Shown piece after piece: positions 1 to 12,306 of a stretch of 64,000 bases of DNA. Position numbers and translations under genes: made by a program. Origin of the DNA: Paecilomyces variotii (Eukaryota); the NCBI GenBank assembly GCA_004022145.1, contig RCNU01000001.1, one strand, 5' to 3'. The notes under the pieces are model-generated. The model made no database searches. It saw only the letters and a program-made list of their open reading frames with translations, and had not been told where the DNA came from. Each line of letters starts with the position of its first letter. The stretch's first letter is position 1.

Positions 1-175
1 TGAGACCTGCCTCGAACAGGTTCTCGATCAGTTCGCTGTTTGTTTGTCCAGAACAATACCACGCCATTGATAGCAGTCTTGTTGGAACCCTGATCTGATG
101 ACGATGACAGCTTTTGGAAAGTGTTCTCGACAGTAGAGATGCTGGTCGGTTAAACGTGGAGGGGTTGATTGTCAT
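1..175 (-). CDS. Protein L-isoaspartate O-methyltransferase (PIMT/PCMT), 5' part only; gene runs off the window edge. Conserved start at 67, in-frame upstream ATG at 175
   Basis: Reverse strand from 67 reads MAWYCSGQTNSELIENLFEAGL, matching the typical PIMT N-terminus (MAW.xSG.xN.eLv.nL...gli). Only 22 conserved residues are visible; absent from the ORF track. Confidence 0.75.
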   Translation of the reverse strand, partial: MTINPSTFNRPASLLSRTLSKSCHRHQIRVPTRLLSMAWYCSGQTNSELIENLFEAGL

Positions 176-501
176 AAGATGATCAGCAGCTACAGAGGAA
201 GAAAATGGAGCAAGATGAGCAGCACAGCGCAGCGGGATACGATTATAGGATAGACCAGACGACCTGGACTTTATGCGAGACAGGAGAAGCATGAGCTATT
301 ATCTCTTCTAAGCGCCGGACATCCCGACAAGCAACTGATCGCATTGCAATCGCGGGGATACACTCGGATGACGCCAGAGTCACGAAGACCCACGTGACAT
401 TCTAGTTCACGTACGGAGGATATCATTTCTCCAAAGCTAGAGTTCGTTAAATCGTTATAGTACACGCCTGCACCCGTGTCGGATGCTGCTGCAGAAAAGC
501 A

Positions 502-2142
<1,641 letters not shown>

Positions 2143-2251
2143 GGTACTGGTAGCGTAGCTTGTCGGTTGGATTGATTAGCAATGGCAAATGCCTGAGACT
2201 TGAACTGAGAATGGCGAGTACACGACTGGCAGTTCGAGAGCGAGAGCCACA

Positions 2252-2253
<2 letters not shown>

Positions 2254-2281
<28 letters not shown>
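2254..2281. repeat. (TCAA)n microsatellite
   Basis: About 7 perfect units in the CDC7-YCS4 divergent intergenic region. Confidence 0.9.
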
Positions 2282-2282
<1 letters not shown>

Positions 2283-2722
2283 TAACGACAACTGTGCTTC
2301 ATCGTCGCTGGCTCGCATTCATCTCTATCCGGAACGAGCGAAAATGCTTTGTCGTCGCGTGTTGTCTTGTTTGCTCTCGGCGCGGCGCGTGCTCTGGGCG
2401 GCGTGATATTCTGCTCGATCAGGAAGGGACACACAGTGTGCGCTTTCCCAAAACAGATACGCTGCAGTGCTGCCTGAAAAATACCAAAAGGGAAAAATAC
2501 AAACACACCAATTCGGCCTTAGACTAACGCTCCTTCCCCCTCAGTTGCGGAGATCAACACCGCAAAGACTCCGTCCACCACCATCCCCGATCCTCATCGA
2601 CAACATCGCCATCCATCGTCGCCACGCCACTATCCGCCTCATGACTCTACGACAGTGACTTTTTTCTTTTCGCATTGATACGGCGCCTTCAAAGGCCATC
2701 TTACATTTCGCACCAGTCCGCC

Positions 2723-5700
2723 ATGGAGGACAGGATAAACTTTGATCTCAACGAATCCCTAAAGCACTATCTCAGTGATCCGGCTACCGTCCCGACCACT
2801 GAAGCAGATTCCGAGCTTCTCGACTGCGAAAATGACCCAGAGTCCTTGTCGTCCGCGCAGATAGACGCGGTACTGAACCCCATCGTCGATGCCGTCGCAG
2901 AGAGCCCGGAGGGCCTGACGAGGGCAGTCTTTTTTGACTCGCTTCAACTTCTGCTCAAGTGCGCCTCGACTTTTCCTTATGATCCGTCTCGCTGTGATAA
3001 CCCAAATGACCCTGATTCTGAACTGTCTTTTACATCCAGGTGTGTCACCGCGATCTCGTCCAAGACGTTGAGCAAGATTCTCGACCTCATCGTATCCGGT
3101 CTCGCCGTTGAAGCCGATATCATCCACGGTGATCTCGAAGCCGACGAACAAGATGCCGTACAGCACCACAAGCAGTTGCTGGAGATGTATGGCTTCCTGC
3201 TGCAATGGGCGCTGTCGGCAGTGGAGGTCAAAGCCGCAGAGAAAACGACAGAGGCAGTTCCTGCGCGTTCACGAAAAGGGCCCAAATCGAAGAGCAACAA
3301 AGATGGCCACTGGGACTGGACAGCTCAGATTCAAATCGCTATGGAGACCATGTGTAAAGTCATGAAGCTCAAACTCAGCAAGATTTTCCTAACTACTTCC
3401 GACCGCGACACTTTCATCAGTCTCTTCACGCGATCGATCTATCTGATACTGGAGAGCGAGCAGCGAGTCAAAAGCATGTCCATCCGGATGCACGCCTTCA
3501 AGGTATTGTGCATCGCGGTAAAACATCACGGTCACGCGTTCGGTAGGTTCCACGGCCTGCTCTGGAAGACGTGGCCTTGATTGACCATCTATATAGGTGC
3601 CCAGACATCGATCGTCCAGAACTTGACTTATTTTGAACATTTGTCGGAACCGATGGCAGAATTCTTGCACATTCTGGCGGAGCAATACGATTATCCTCAG
3701 CTGTCCGACGAGATATTAAAGTACGATCTACTCTCCAGAACGCTACAGCATGGAGACTAACAAGTCACAGGGAATTGGCAAACAAGGAGTTTAACTCGAA
3801 TGATACCAGAGGACCCAAGTCGGTCTCTGCGTTCATCGTGAGGCTGTCGGAGCTTGCTCCCAGACTGATCATTAAACAGATGACATTGCTCGCGAAGCAA
3901 TTGGATAGCGAGGTAAAATCTCACACAGAACTCTACTGTCGAGCTTCATTAACACCCATACTAGTCATACACTTTACGATGTGCCATTATTGAAGTCTGC
4001 GGGAACCTTGTCGCGGACCTTACTAAGGAGGAAGAAAGGACCGAGAGTTCCAAGACGCAGATCAATGCCTTCTTCGACGTGCTGGAGGAGAGATTCCTGG
4101 ACATCAACCCTTACTGTCGGTCCCGAACAATCCAGGTCTACATGAGACTCTGTGATTTGGAGCAGAAGTTCCCCAAGAGGAGGCAGAAGGCGGCAGAACT
4201 GGCTGCACGTAGCTTGGAAGACAAGAGCAGCAATGTCCGAAGGAACGCAATCAAGCTGCTGACCAAACTGGTCTCAACCCATCCCTTCAGTGTCATGCAC
4301 GGCGGACAACTCTCGCACAAAGAGTGGACTACTAGACTAGAGGCCGTGGAAGCTGAGCTCGATGCGCTAAAACCCCCTCCAGAGACGCCCGGTCTTGGGG
4401 ATGATCCCGCAGCCGCACATATCGATAGCGAGCTCTTGGACGATGCCACGACCCTCCAAGATGACTCGCCGGAGGACTCCCCATCGAAAACGCCAAGGAT
4501 GACCGACGAGCAAAGGGCCGCTGCCATAAAAAAGGCTGCCGAGGAGGCAGCAACATCCGAGCTGCTGGCACGCTTGCAGTTAACTAGGAAGTACTATGTT
4601 GAAGCTCTTCGATTCATTGAAGTCCTTCATTCTGCATCAGGGAATGTCTCGCAATTGTTATCGGCTCGAAACAAGAGCGAAGTCATTGAAGCGATGGACT
4701 TCTTCGTGGTCATCGATGCGTACAAAGTAGAAACTGCGCGCACAGGAATCCGGCGAATGCTTCGACTTATCTGGACGAAGGGAAACAGCGACGAAGGCAA
4801 GGGCGTCCAGACACATCTGATTGATTGCTACAAGGGACTCTTCTTCGAAGCACCGGATTCGTTCAGCACAAATGACGCTGCTAACTACATTGCCCGAAAC
4901 ATGATCAGTTTGACGTTCGGGTCTACTCCGGCAGAACTTACGTCGCTTGAGCAGCTGCTCAGTACCATGATGAAAGCCGGTCACATATCTGACGCGGTCA
5001 TCGCAAAGCTGTGGCAGGTCTATGGTGTCCAAAGAAAGGAAATCTCGCGAACGCAGCGCCGGGGCGCAATTATTGTCCTTGGTATGCTTGCTCTAGCCGA
5101 TCCAGAAATCGTTGTCAAGGAGATCGAAACGATGCTCCGAATCGGTCTGGGAAGCCTTGGACGAGCGGATTTGGTCCTTGCAAAGTACACATGTATTGCA
5201 CTGCGAAGGATGATTCCGGGTCGACAAGCGAAGTCCAAGGACACAGGAGTCTCAAAGCTGCCAAATGACCACGCGGTTTTGACTAAGCTTGCAGCCATGA
5301 CAGATATAGTCACAGACAACAAAGAATGGTACGGAGTAGCAGAGCAAGCTATCGGTGCTATCTACGCTCTTGCCAAGCATCCAGATAGCCTCTGTTCAGA
5401 CATCATCAGACGGAAGACGAAGTTCGTTTTCCAGCCTCATCCCCAACGAGCTGCGTCCGAGCATCCGACTGTCGAGGGCGAGGAACAGCGACCAGGAACG
5501 GCATCAAGCAACGATCAAGCGGCCAAGGAATATAATACGTCTTCAATGCTCTCACAGTTGCTCTTCATTGTTGGTCATGTTGCCATAAAGCAGATCGTCC
5601 ACCTCGAGCTTTGCGAACTCGACTTCAAACGACGCAAAGCTGAGCAAGAAAAGAACAAGCCTGCCAATCAAGCCCAGAAGAAGAAGGATGAAGTAACCGA

Positions 5701-6602
5701 GGATGACGAACTTGATCTCATCGGCGGCACCACCGAAGATGACTTCACCGAAGCGATAGCTCATATTCGCGAACGTGAGCTTCTCTACGGGGAGAACTCC
5801 CTCCTGACAAACTTCGGGCCTCTGGTGACTGAGATCTGCGCAAACAACAATGCTTATCCTGACCGCAACCTTCAAGCCGCTGCGACTCTCTGCATGGCTA
5901 AGCTGATGTGTGTGTCAGGCGAGTACTGCGAGAAGAACCTTCCTCTTCTCATAACCATCATGGAACGCTCTGAAGACCCTATTGTTCGTAGCAATGCTGT
6001 TATTGCTTTGGGAGATATGGCAGTATGCTTTAACCATCTTATCGACGAGAACACGGACTTCCTTTATCGAAGACTTAATGATAAAGATTCCTCCGTAAAG
6101 CGAACATGTCTGATGACCCTTACCTTCCTGATCTTAGCCGGTCAGGTGAAGGTCAAGGGACAGCTGGGCGAGATGGCGAAATGCTTGGAGGATGAGGACA
6201 AGAAGATTGCCGATCTGGCACGCATGTTCTTCACTGAACTGGCAACCAAGGACAATGCTGTCTATAACCACTTTGTGGATATGTTCAGCTTATTGAGCGC
6301 TGAAAAGGACCTTGACGAGGGTGCGCTGAAGCGTATCATCAAGTTCTTGGCTGGTTTCATTGAAAAGGTACGTTGTGCTGAATACCATGTTCTCCCCCAT
6401 TCGCAACTGGCAGACTGACACTCTATTTTAGGACAAACATGCCAGACAACTTTCAGAGAAACTTGCGGCGCGTCTGCCGAGATGCGAGACCGAAAGACAG
6501 TGGAACGACGTGGCATACGCTTTGTCACTGCTTCAACATAGGAATGAGGAGATCCAAAAGACCTTGGCTACCGGATTCAAGGTTGTCGCGGCGGCCTCGT
6601 AG
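2723..6602 (+). CDS. YCS4: Condensin subunit 1 (Ycs4/Cnd1/CAP-D2), HEAT repeats; introns 2959-3039, 3543-3596, 3721-3770, 3913-3964, 6368-6431
   Basis: Cnd1-type C-terminal region (LCMAKLMCVS, RSNAVIALGDMAVCFNHLIDENTDFLYRRL, LILAGQVKVKGQLGEMAKCL) and LERFLDINPYCRS-like motif; introns restore a single frame ending at TAG 6600-6602. Confidence 0.93.
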
Positions 6603-7767
6603 ATCATCCAGATAGCATAAGAATGCGATGTTGGAGTTGGTTTCCATTGTGGGTTCTTCGGTTCTGGCATGGGGATTCTTTTTTTGGTCTGGAGTTACAA
6701 GGATGTGTCATGAACTGGGAATATACTCTGATATGCATGGGGAGGATATATTATTTTGATTTTGCCTTATCCTAGGGGGAGGAAAGAACTCCGCATTTTT
6801 ATTCCAAGCAGATCTCATCTTGAGAATTTATGGAAGTTATAATTCATCGAACACGTATATACGGTCCCCGGGATTTCTTCAATTACGACGAATCATCTCA
6901 GGTTTGATCATTTTGCCAGTTCTGATTAGCAAGTCTGGTGCCAGAAGTTTGGCCAGCTCAACTGTTTAAAAACGAATACCATTTGAGCCAACTTTATACA
7001 TTCTTAACGCAGAAAATTTACATATCCGATCAGCAGATCACCCCAAAGGAGAAACAGTAGAATGTATCAGAGTGCAAAGACCAAAAAAGAACGAATAGCC
7101 CAAAGGTGCAGACAGGATAAACGCCCGCCAGATTTCGATTACCTAGACAAACACAAGTAGTACAAATAACGATATTCTATCAGATTGGAAGTGTTAATAA
7201 TGGATATTCCAGATCGGATCCGATTTCTGGAAAGGATGTGCAAAAAAACGAGGGAGAAAGTGAGAGATAACAGATATGTAGATAGATCAATAGGAATGAT
7301 TGATCATGCTCGAATTTCCTGATGGAATTGGCCGGGGGTGGGGGGAATGAAATAAGGCTAGAAGTATATGCATGTTTATCCCCTTGATAGATAGACATAG
7401 ACAGACCATGGATTCTGGAATCTTCCCTCTGATAATAGAAAGGAAGTTCAGCGCAGGATAGGTTGAAAAGAAAAAAGAATGTAATTAGCACATTGTAGTA
7501 TCAGCGCCCACACCTAAGGAAAAGGGAAAAGAAGTAATATGAAATAGGACAAGAGGATGGGACGAGAAACTGCCAAGAAGAAGGTAGGATAGGACGGGGC
7601 CGAATTATGTAGATTTTTCCCGGAATCAAACTGCATTCACATTTCGCCGTATTTGTTGTGGTGAAGAGAGAGAGGAAGATAGGGAAAGGAAACAAAAACA
7701 AAGAGGTCGAGTCCTGGCATGTACACTCGATTTATGATTTACCGTATATGAATTCGATTCAAGCCGT

Positions 7768-9439
7768 CTATACGCCTGTTACCTTGCTTTCTTCCAGTTT
7801 GTAATTGTGTTCATGGAGGCCCTTGAGGGCTTTCTTCCCCTCTTCTGTCAATTCTGGCTTTCCCAGAGGAGTAACGGCGCCGGTGAAAAACCGTGGAGTC
7901 CATTCCTCGTTCTTTTCTTTGCGCTCGGCGGCTTTCTGACGCTGGCGTTCTTCGAGGTCTTGTTTAAACTTGGTGGCTTCACTATACCGCTTCTCGAGGA
8001 TGGCGGCAGTGACGCCTGACCATAGCTTGCGTGACTCGTTCGGGAGCTGCTCTGGCTCGGGAGGGACAATCTTGGAGGCGGGGAAGAGAGGGGAAACGTC
8101 TATCAGAAGGATTTGTTCGGTGGAACCGGGAAGAGTGTAGTATATCCGGTCGTGCCAACAACCGGTGATCCTTGCCAGAACATCACCCTCAGGGACGTCC
8201 TTGATCCTGGTCTTGTTGTCGTTATCCGGGTCGTAGCGGAATATGATACCCTCGACTCTATTCTGAGCCCGGCTCACCCATCCATCTTCTAGGTACTGCA
8301 GGATTGCCTTTATCCGGGTCTTAGGGCATGTTATAAAGCAGGTATCCGACACGCTGATCGACAGCGAACCGCGCAACAAGCCGCCGAGATGAGCAGCTGG
8401 GTGAGTCAGCTGATACTCTTCGTCGTCCCATTTGGACAGGTTGACGAAAATGCCCAGGTTGTGCTGCCCGGGTGCAACACGGATGCTGGTGCCGGTGAAT
8501 TTGGCGCTGATCTGGTCAAAACCGCGGGCGGTCACACCGCGCTCGGGGCAGTCGACATAGAAGGCAGACACCGGGGGATGATGAGACGTCTGTTCGGTCA
8601 AGTAGGACACTGTGACGCGCTCTCCCTTGTCGTCCTTGACGGTGGTAGCGCCATTAGTCTTATCGGTCTTGGAGGAGGTGATGACGGGGCCCGCCGTATC
8701 TTCTGTTTCCCAATTACACTGCGACAAGGAAAATATCAGCCAAGTCTGACAATCCCCGACAGCAGCCCAAGCCAATTGTACGACCAACCCTAAAAAACTC
8801 GCCAAGCGTGGAATTGTAGGGCTTGCATGGTTTCCCCTTAATGTATTTCTGCAGTAGTTGTTCAGCACGGTTCCTCCTCAACATCAGAGAGATGCGTTGT
8901 CCGCAAAATGGGCGTACCAGATCCTTGGTGAACCAGAACCGTAATACTTCAAGCATTCGACCAAGAGGTTCATCCGATTTTCCGATGCTATAGTTCGCCG
9001 TCAGACTAGTGTTTCACGGAAGTACAAAGGAGTCCAGACCTGACAAAGGTCTCCGGCCTATCCAGATAGTTCCAATACTCTGATGACAGAGAGGTTAGAC
9101 TATGACTTTCTTGCGTATGCACCATGCGTAGTCTTAGCACTCACCAAGGTTGGGAATCGGTTCCATCAGCTGGGCTGGCAGCGAGAAGCGAACAGAGGCA
9201 ATGTCGGCCACGCCGATAAACCTGTAGTGTAGATAGAGATTAACCGTCTGTCTCCAACCAGAGTATCATCCGTCCTCCTCTTCTGCGAAGTGTCCTGCGA
9301 GTTCACGAGCGAGATTGTTACCGACGAAGACATACTTGCGGAGGATGGAAAGGAACGTCTTGAGCTTCGAGGAGTCATCGGCGGCTTTCTCGGGGGCGTT
9401 GGAGCCCGTAGCAGAGGTGACTGAGCTGGCTTCTGACAT
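7768..9439 (-). CDS. Short oxysterol-binding protein (OSBP/Osh family, ORD only); exons 9439-9336, 9221-9145, 9079-9040, 8987-8918, 8848-8789, 8718-7768
   Basis: OSBP signature EQTSHHPPVSAF, plus KPYNSTLGEFF and RFSLPAQLMEPIPNLE motifs after splicing. Confidence 0.92.
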
Positions 9440-10333
9440 GATGGATCTTGCAGAAAGACGCGATTTGAAATGATCCCTAGCAGAAGGACGCTGTGGTCGC
9501 CATACAGTAACGACGGCGGCAGAGAGATAGATAAAGCCACCCCCGGAACCCCGAAAGTGGCGGAGGGGGAAGTCAGATGCGGGCGGGACGATGAAAGAGA
9601 CACGAACGGAGGGATGAGATCGAACAGACTCAGGAGGAGGGGAGATGGGTTGATCGCCAGACAAGAGTCGATGGTTGTTTGAGAAAGTCGAAGACGCTTT
9701 TGGAGAGTGGTTTGTCGTTCGCCGACTCGACTCGACTCTGGCGGTGACGTTTTCGCCCTATTCTACGCTCGGGGCAAGATCCAATCTAGAATCTCGCGTA
9801 CGTCAACGACGCCCTTACGCCGCTCATCGTCCAGAAGAATAATAAATAAGATCGATATAGTCGATTCGTTTTCATCTCCATGGCACTCTCGATTGACCTC
9901 CAAAGCACTCAAGTCGAGAGAGAGAGAGAGAGAGCTATACTAACGGGCTAACCACAGTAATATCTGACATGAAATACCGTCCAATCGGTCCACCACGAGG
10001 GCCCAGATCTCTCTCGGACACGATGCTTTTGCCCTTGAGATCAACTCTCCTCCCCGCTCGTCATCAAACAATCCTCGACTCCCGGGAAATGCATTATGGT
10101 AGACCCCGCCCCAGTACCTTGTTTCAACGCACCAGCGACCCGGTTGTCTGTCGATAAAGCTTCTTGCTCCCATGATTGTGATGTTATATATGTATATATA
10201 GAGAAAGAGTACAGACGTTCATACGAGATAAGAGCTCCTCCTCGAGCCCCTCCAAGCCGTAAGGAAAGAGGGAAGGGACCGGATCGTCAAAGTGGTGTTA
10301 TAATATATACATACCGCCAACAATCCGTTGAAT

Positions 10334-11323
10334 TTAACTCGCCTCTCCGAAATCGTAGTGTCCAGTTTGCGCCGCATGCTGTGTGGCGCCCTTCTCGCCC
10401 ACGAACATCCCACCGCAGGTATTACATCGGATCTGGAACCCCGCCGTGTCTGTGTAGTAGTGTTTGTTTTGCAGGATCTTGCACAGTTCCAGACACTTCT
10501 CCAACACTACCGGGTCGGCCGCATCGAAGATATTGGTATCGAATTCTGGAGGCGCGTACGCGTGGGTAAAAGGCGGATCGGATGGGGAGAGCGCAATCGT
10601 GTCGTAGTGGATGCCCGAGTATACCAGCACACAGCGCGTCGGTTGACCCTCGTTGAACCGATCCACCCGCAGCGTCTGCACGTCGATCGAGCAGATCTCG
10701 ATGTCGAAGTGTTTGCTCAAGATGCTCAATTCGATCGCTCCGCCCCAGGCATTCTCGGTCTGGATCCACCGGCAATAGTCGTCGGGCTTCTTCTCAAGGA
10801 CAACTTCGGAGTAGATGTCGGGTTGCTCTTGGATCGCCTGCGCAACAATCGACCGGAGCTCCGTCATCGTATCCATGCCGCCAATTACAGCGCTTCCAAC
10901 CGCTCTGAAGAGACACGAGTTGTCGTCTGGCATTATCCGCAGTACGAATGTCCCCGAATGCTCTGGGGATGGCACCTCAGGCGGATCCTTTTCCACGTCG
11001 CCATGGTCTTTTCGAGATAGCGACAACGGCGCATCTGCGGCTGCGGCTGCTGCGCTGGCATTGACCTCTGGTTGCGTGGGTGCTCCGTCCTTCTTGGTGG
11101 CGATGAGCTGTTCTCCATTGAGGTTGATGCCGATGTCTGACAGCTGCTGCGTGGGCGAGAACTGATCCAGGGCAAGCCGCTTTATATCAGGAAACCCATA
11201 TTTCAGATCAAAGGCCTCCAGCCCAGTCTTCTCCTGGATCTGACCGCGCAGGTCATCCACCGTCGCACTGTTGTCGAGGGTGATGGTGGATTGCCCAGAT
11301 GGCCCGCGCACTCTGATCCTCAT
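10334..11323 (-). CDS. OTU1: Ubiquitin thioesterase Otu1/YOD1 (UBL + OTU + C2H2 finger), single exon, 329 aa
   Basis: N-terminal ubiquitin-like domain, catalytic PDDNSCLFRA, WGGAIEL, SGIHYD, C-terminal CNTC...H...H finger. Confidence 0.95.
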   Translation of the reverse strand: MRIRVRGPSGQSTITLDNSATVDDLRGQIQEKTGLEAFDLKYGFPDIKRLALDQFSPTQQLSDIGINLNGEQLIATKKDGAPTQPEVNASAAAAAADAPLSLSRKDHGDVEKDPPEVPSPEHSGTFVLRIMPDDNSCLFRAVGSAVIGGMDTMTELRSIVAQAIQEQPDIYSEVVLEKKPDDYCRWIQTENAWGGAIELSILSKHFDIEICSIDVQTLRVDRFNEGQPTRCVLVYSGIHYDTIALSPSDPPFTHAYAPPEFDTNIFDAADPVVLEKCLELCKILQNKHYYTDTAGFQIRCNTCGGMFVGEKGATQHAAQTGHYDFGEAS

Positions 11324-12306
11324 CTCACCAGCCGGGTATGTGACAACAAAGGAGACGTCGATTCAGGAGTATACTATGCAGAGGGAGTGCGACTGCTGTG
11401 TCTAGGTGGTACACCGTCAGGTAAGAGAAATGGTCGTTCTCAAGGTTGATATTGTCGCCGCAAAAGAGGGGTAGGTCGGATGAGCGAGATAGCGTAGCAG
11501 ACACGATATGAAGAGAACTGTGTCAGTCGCACACGACAATGGATTGTTTACTGGGCTGGAGCAAAGCCCGGAATGATCAACCGTGCAGGAAGCACATCGA
11601 GCGTGGTGGAACGTGGCACCGGACGGCGTTGGCGTCGACTCGGATGCGGAGGCGGGGGAATTTAGAAATCATTCTTATTAAGGTATTCCAGCTTCTAACT
11701 GGACGAGATGCTATATCGGTTCATTTCTGCCGTGGTATTGCCTGTCAACTAGCATCCTCTATGTGTTTTGCTCTGTATTGCTCTGCTTCTCGATAGCTTA
11801 GCTTCTGTATACGATTCACTGAACAGAGTAATAACCATCCCCGGCATCACGGACGTCATCGGAGGTAAGGTACGGTTCCTATGGAAACTGCTCTAGATAA
11901 GTTTAGTGAGAGCTCCTATCTTCATATATGTATAAAATAAAGAACACAAATGAAGTAACATCCCGGGGAATATCATCTACTTCGATTGGATATCCACTGG
12001 AGAATATTATATGATCTTATATCAGATCATCAGATGAAAGTCACTGTTGCAGTGTTACCATGAGTTATGTTACCATACAATACTGGAAATATTGCCGATT
12101 ACTTACCGCCTTACCCAGAACAGACTCTGCTGACTCATCATGGACGTCTGCACGTGACGCTCCAGGGAATTCCTCACGCTGGCCGACAAAACGCGACAGA
12201 AACCGCCCGGACAGCCAGTGCATGCAGGCATCGCTTGTCCACGCTGATCGCCCTGGGACGAAGCTTTCTCTTGTGCTCCTGCTGCGCTCGCTGAAGCGGA
12301 CGTGAC

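Noticed and set aside
10328..11020. 230-aa plus-strand ORF over OTU1, and similar shadows over YCS4, PLD, epimerase and apsB
   Set aside because: Fully overlap well-supported genes on the opposite strand and show no family motifs.
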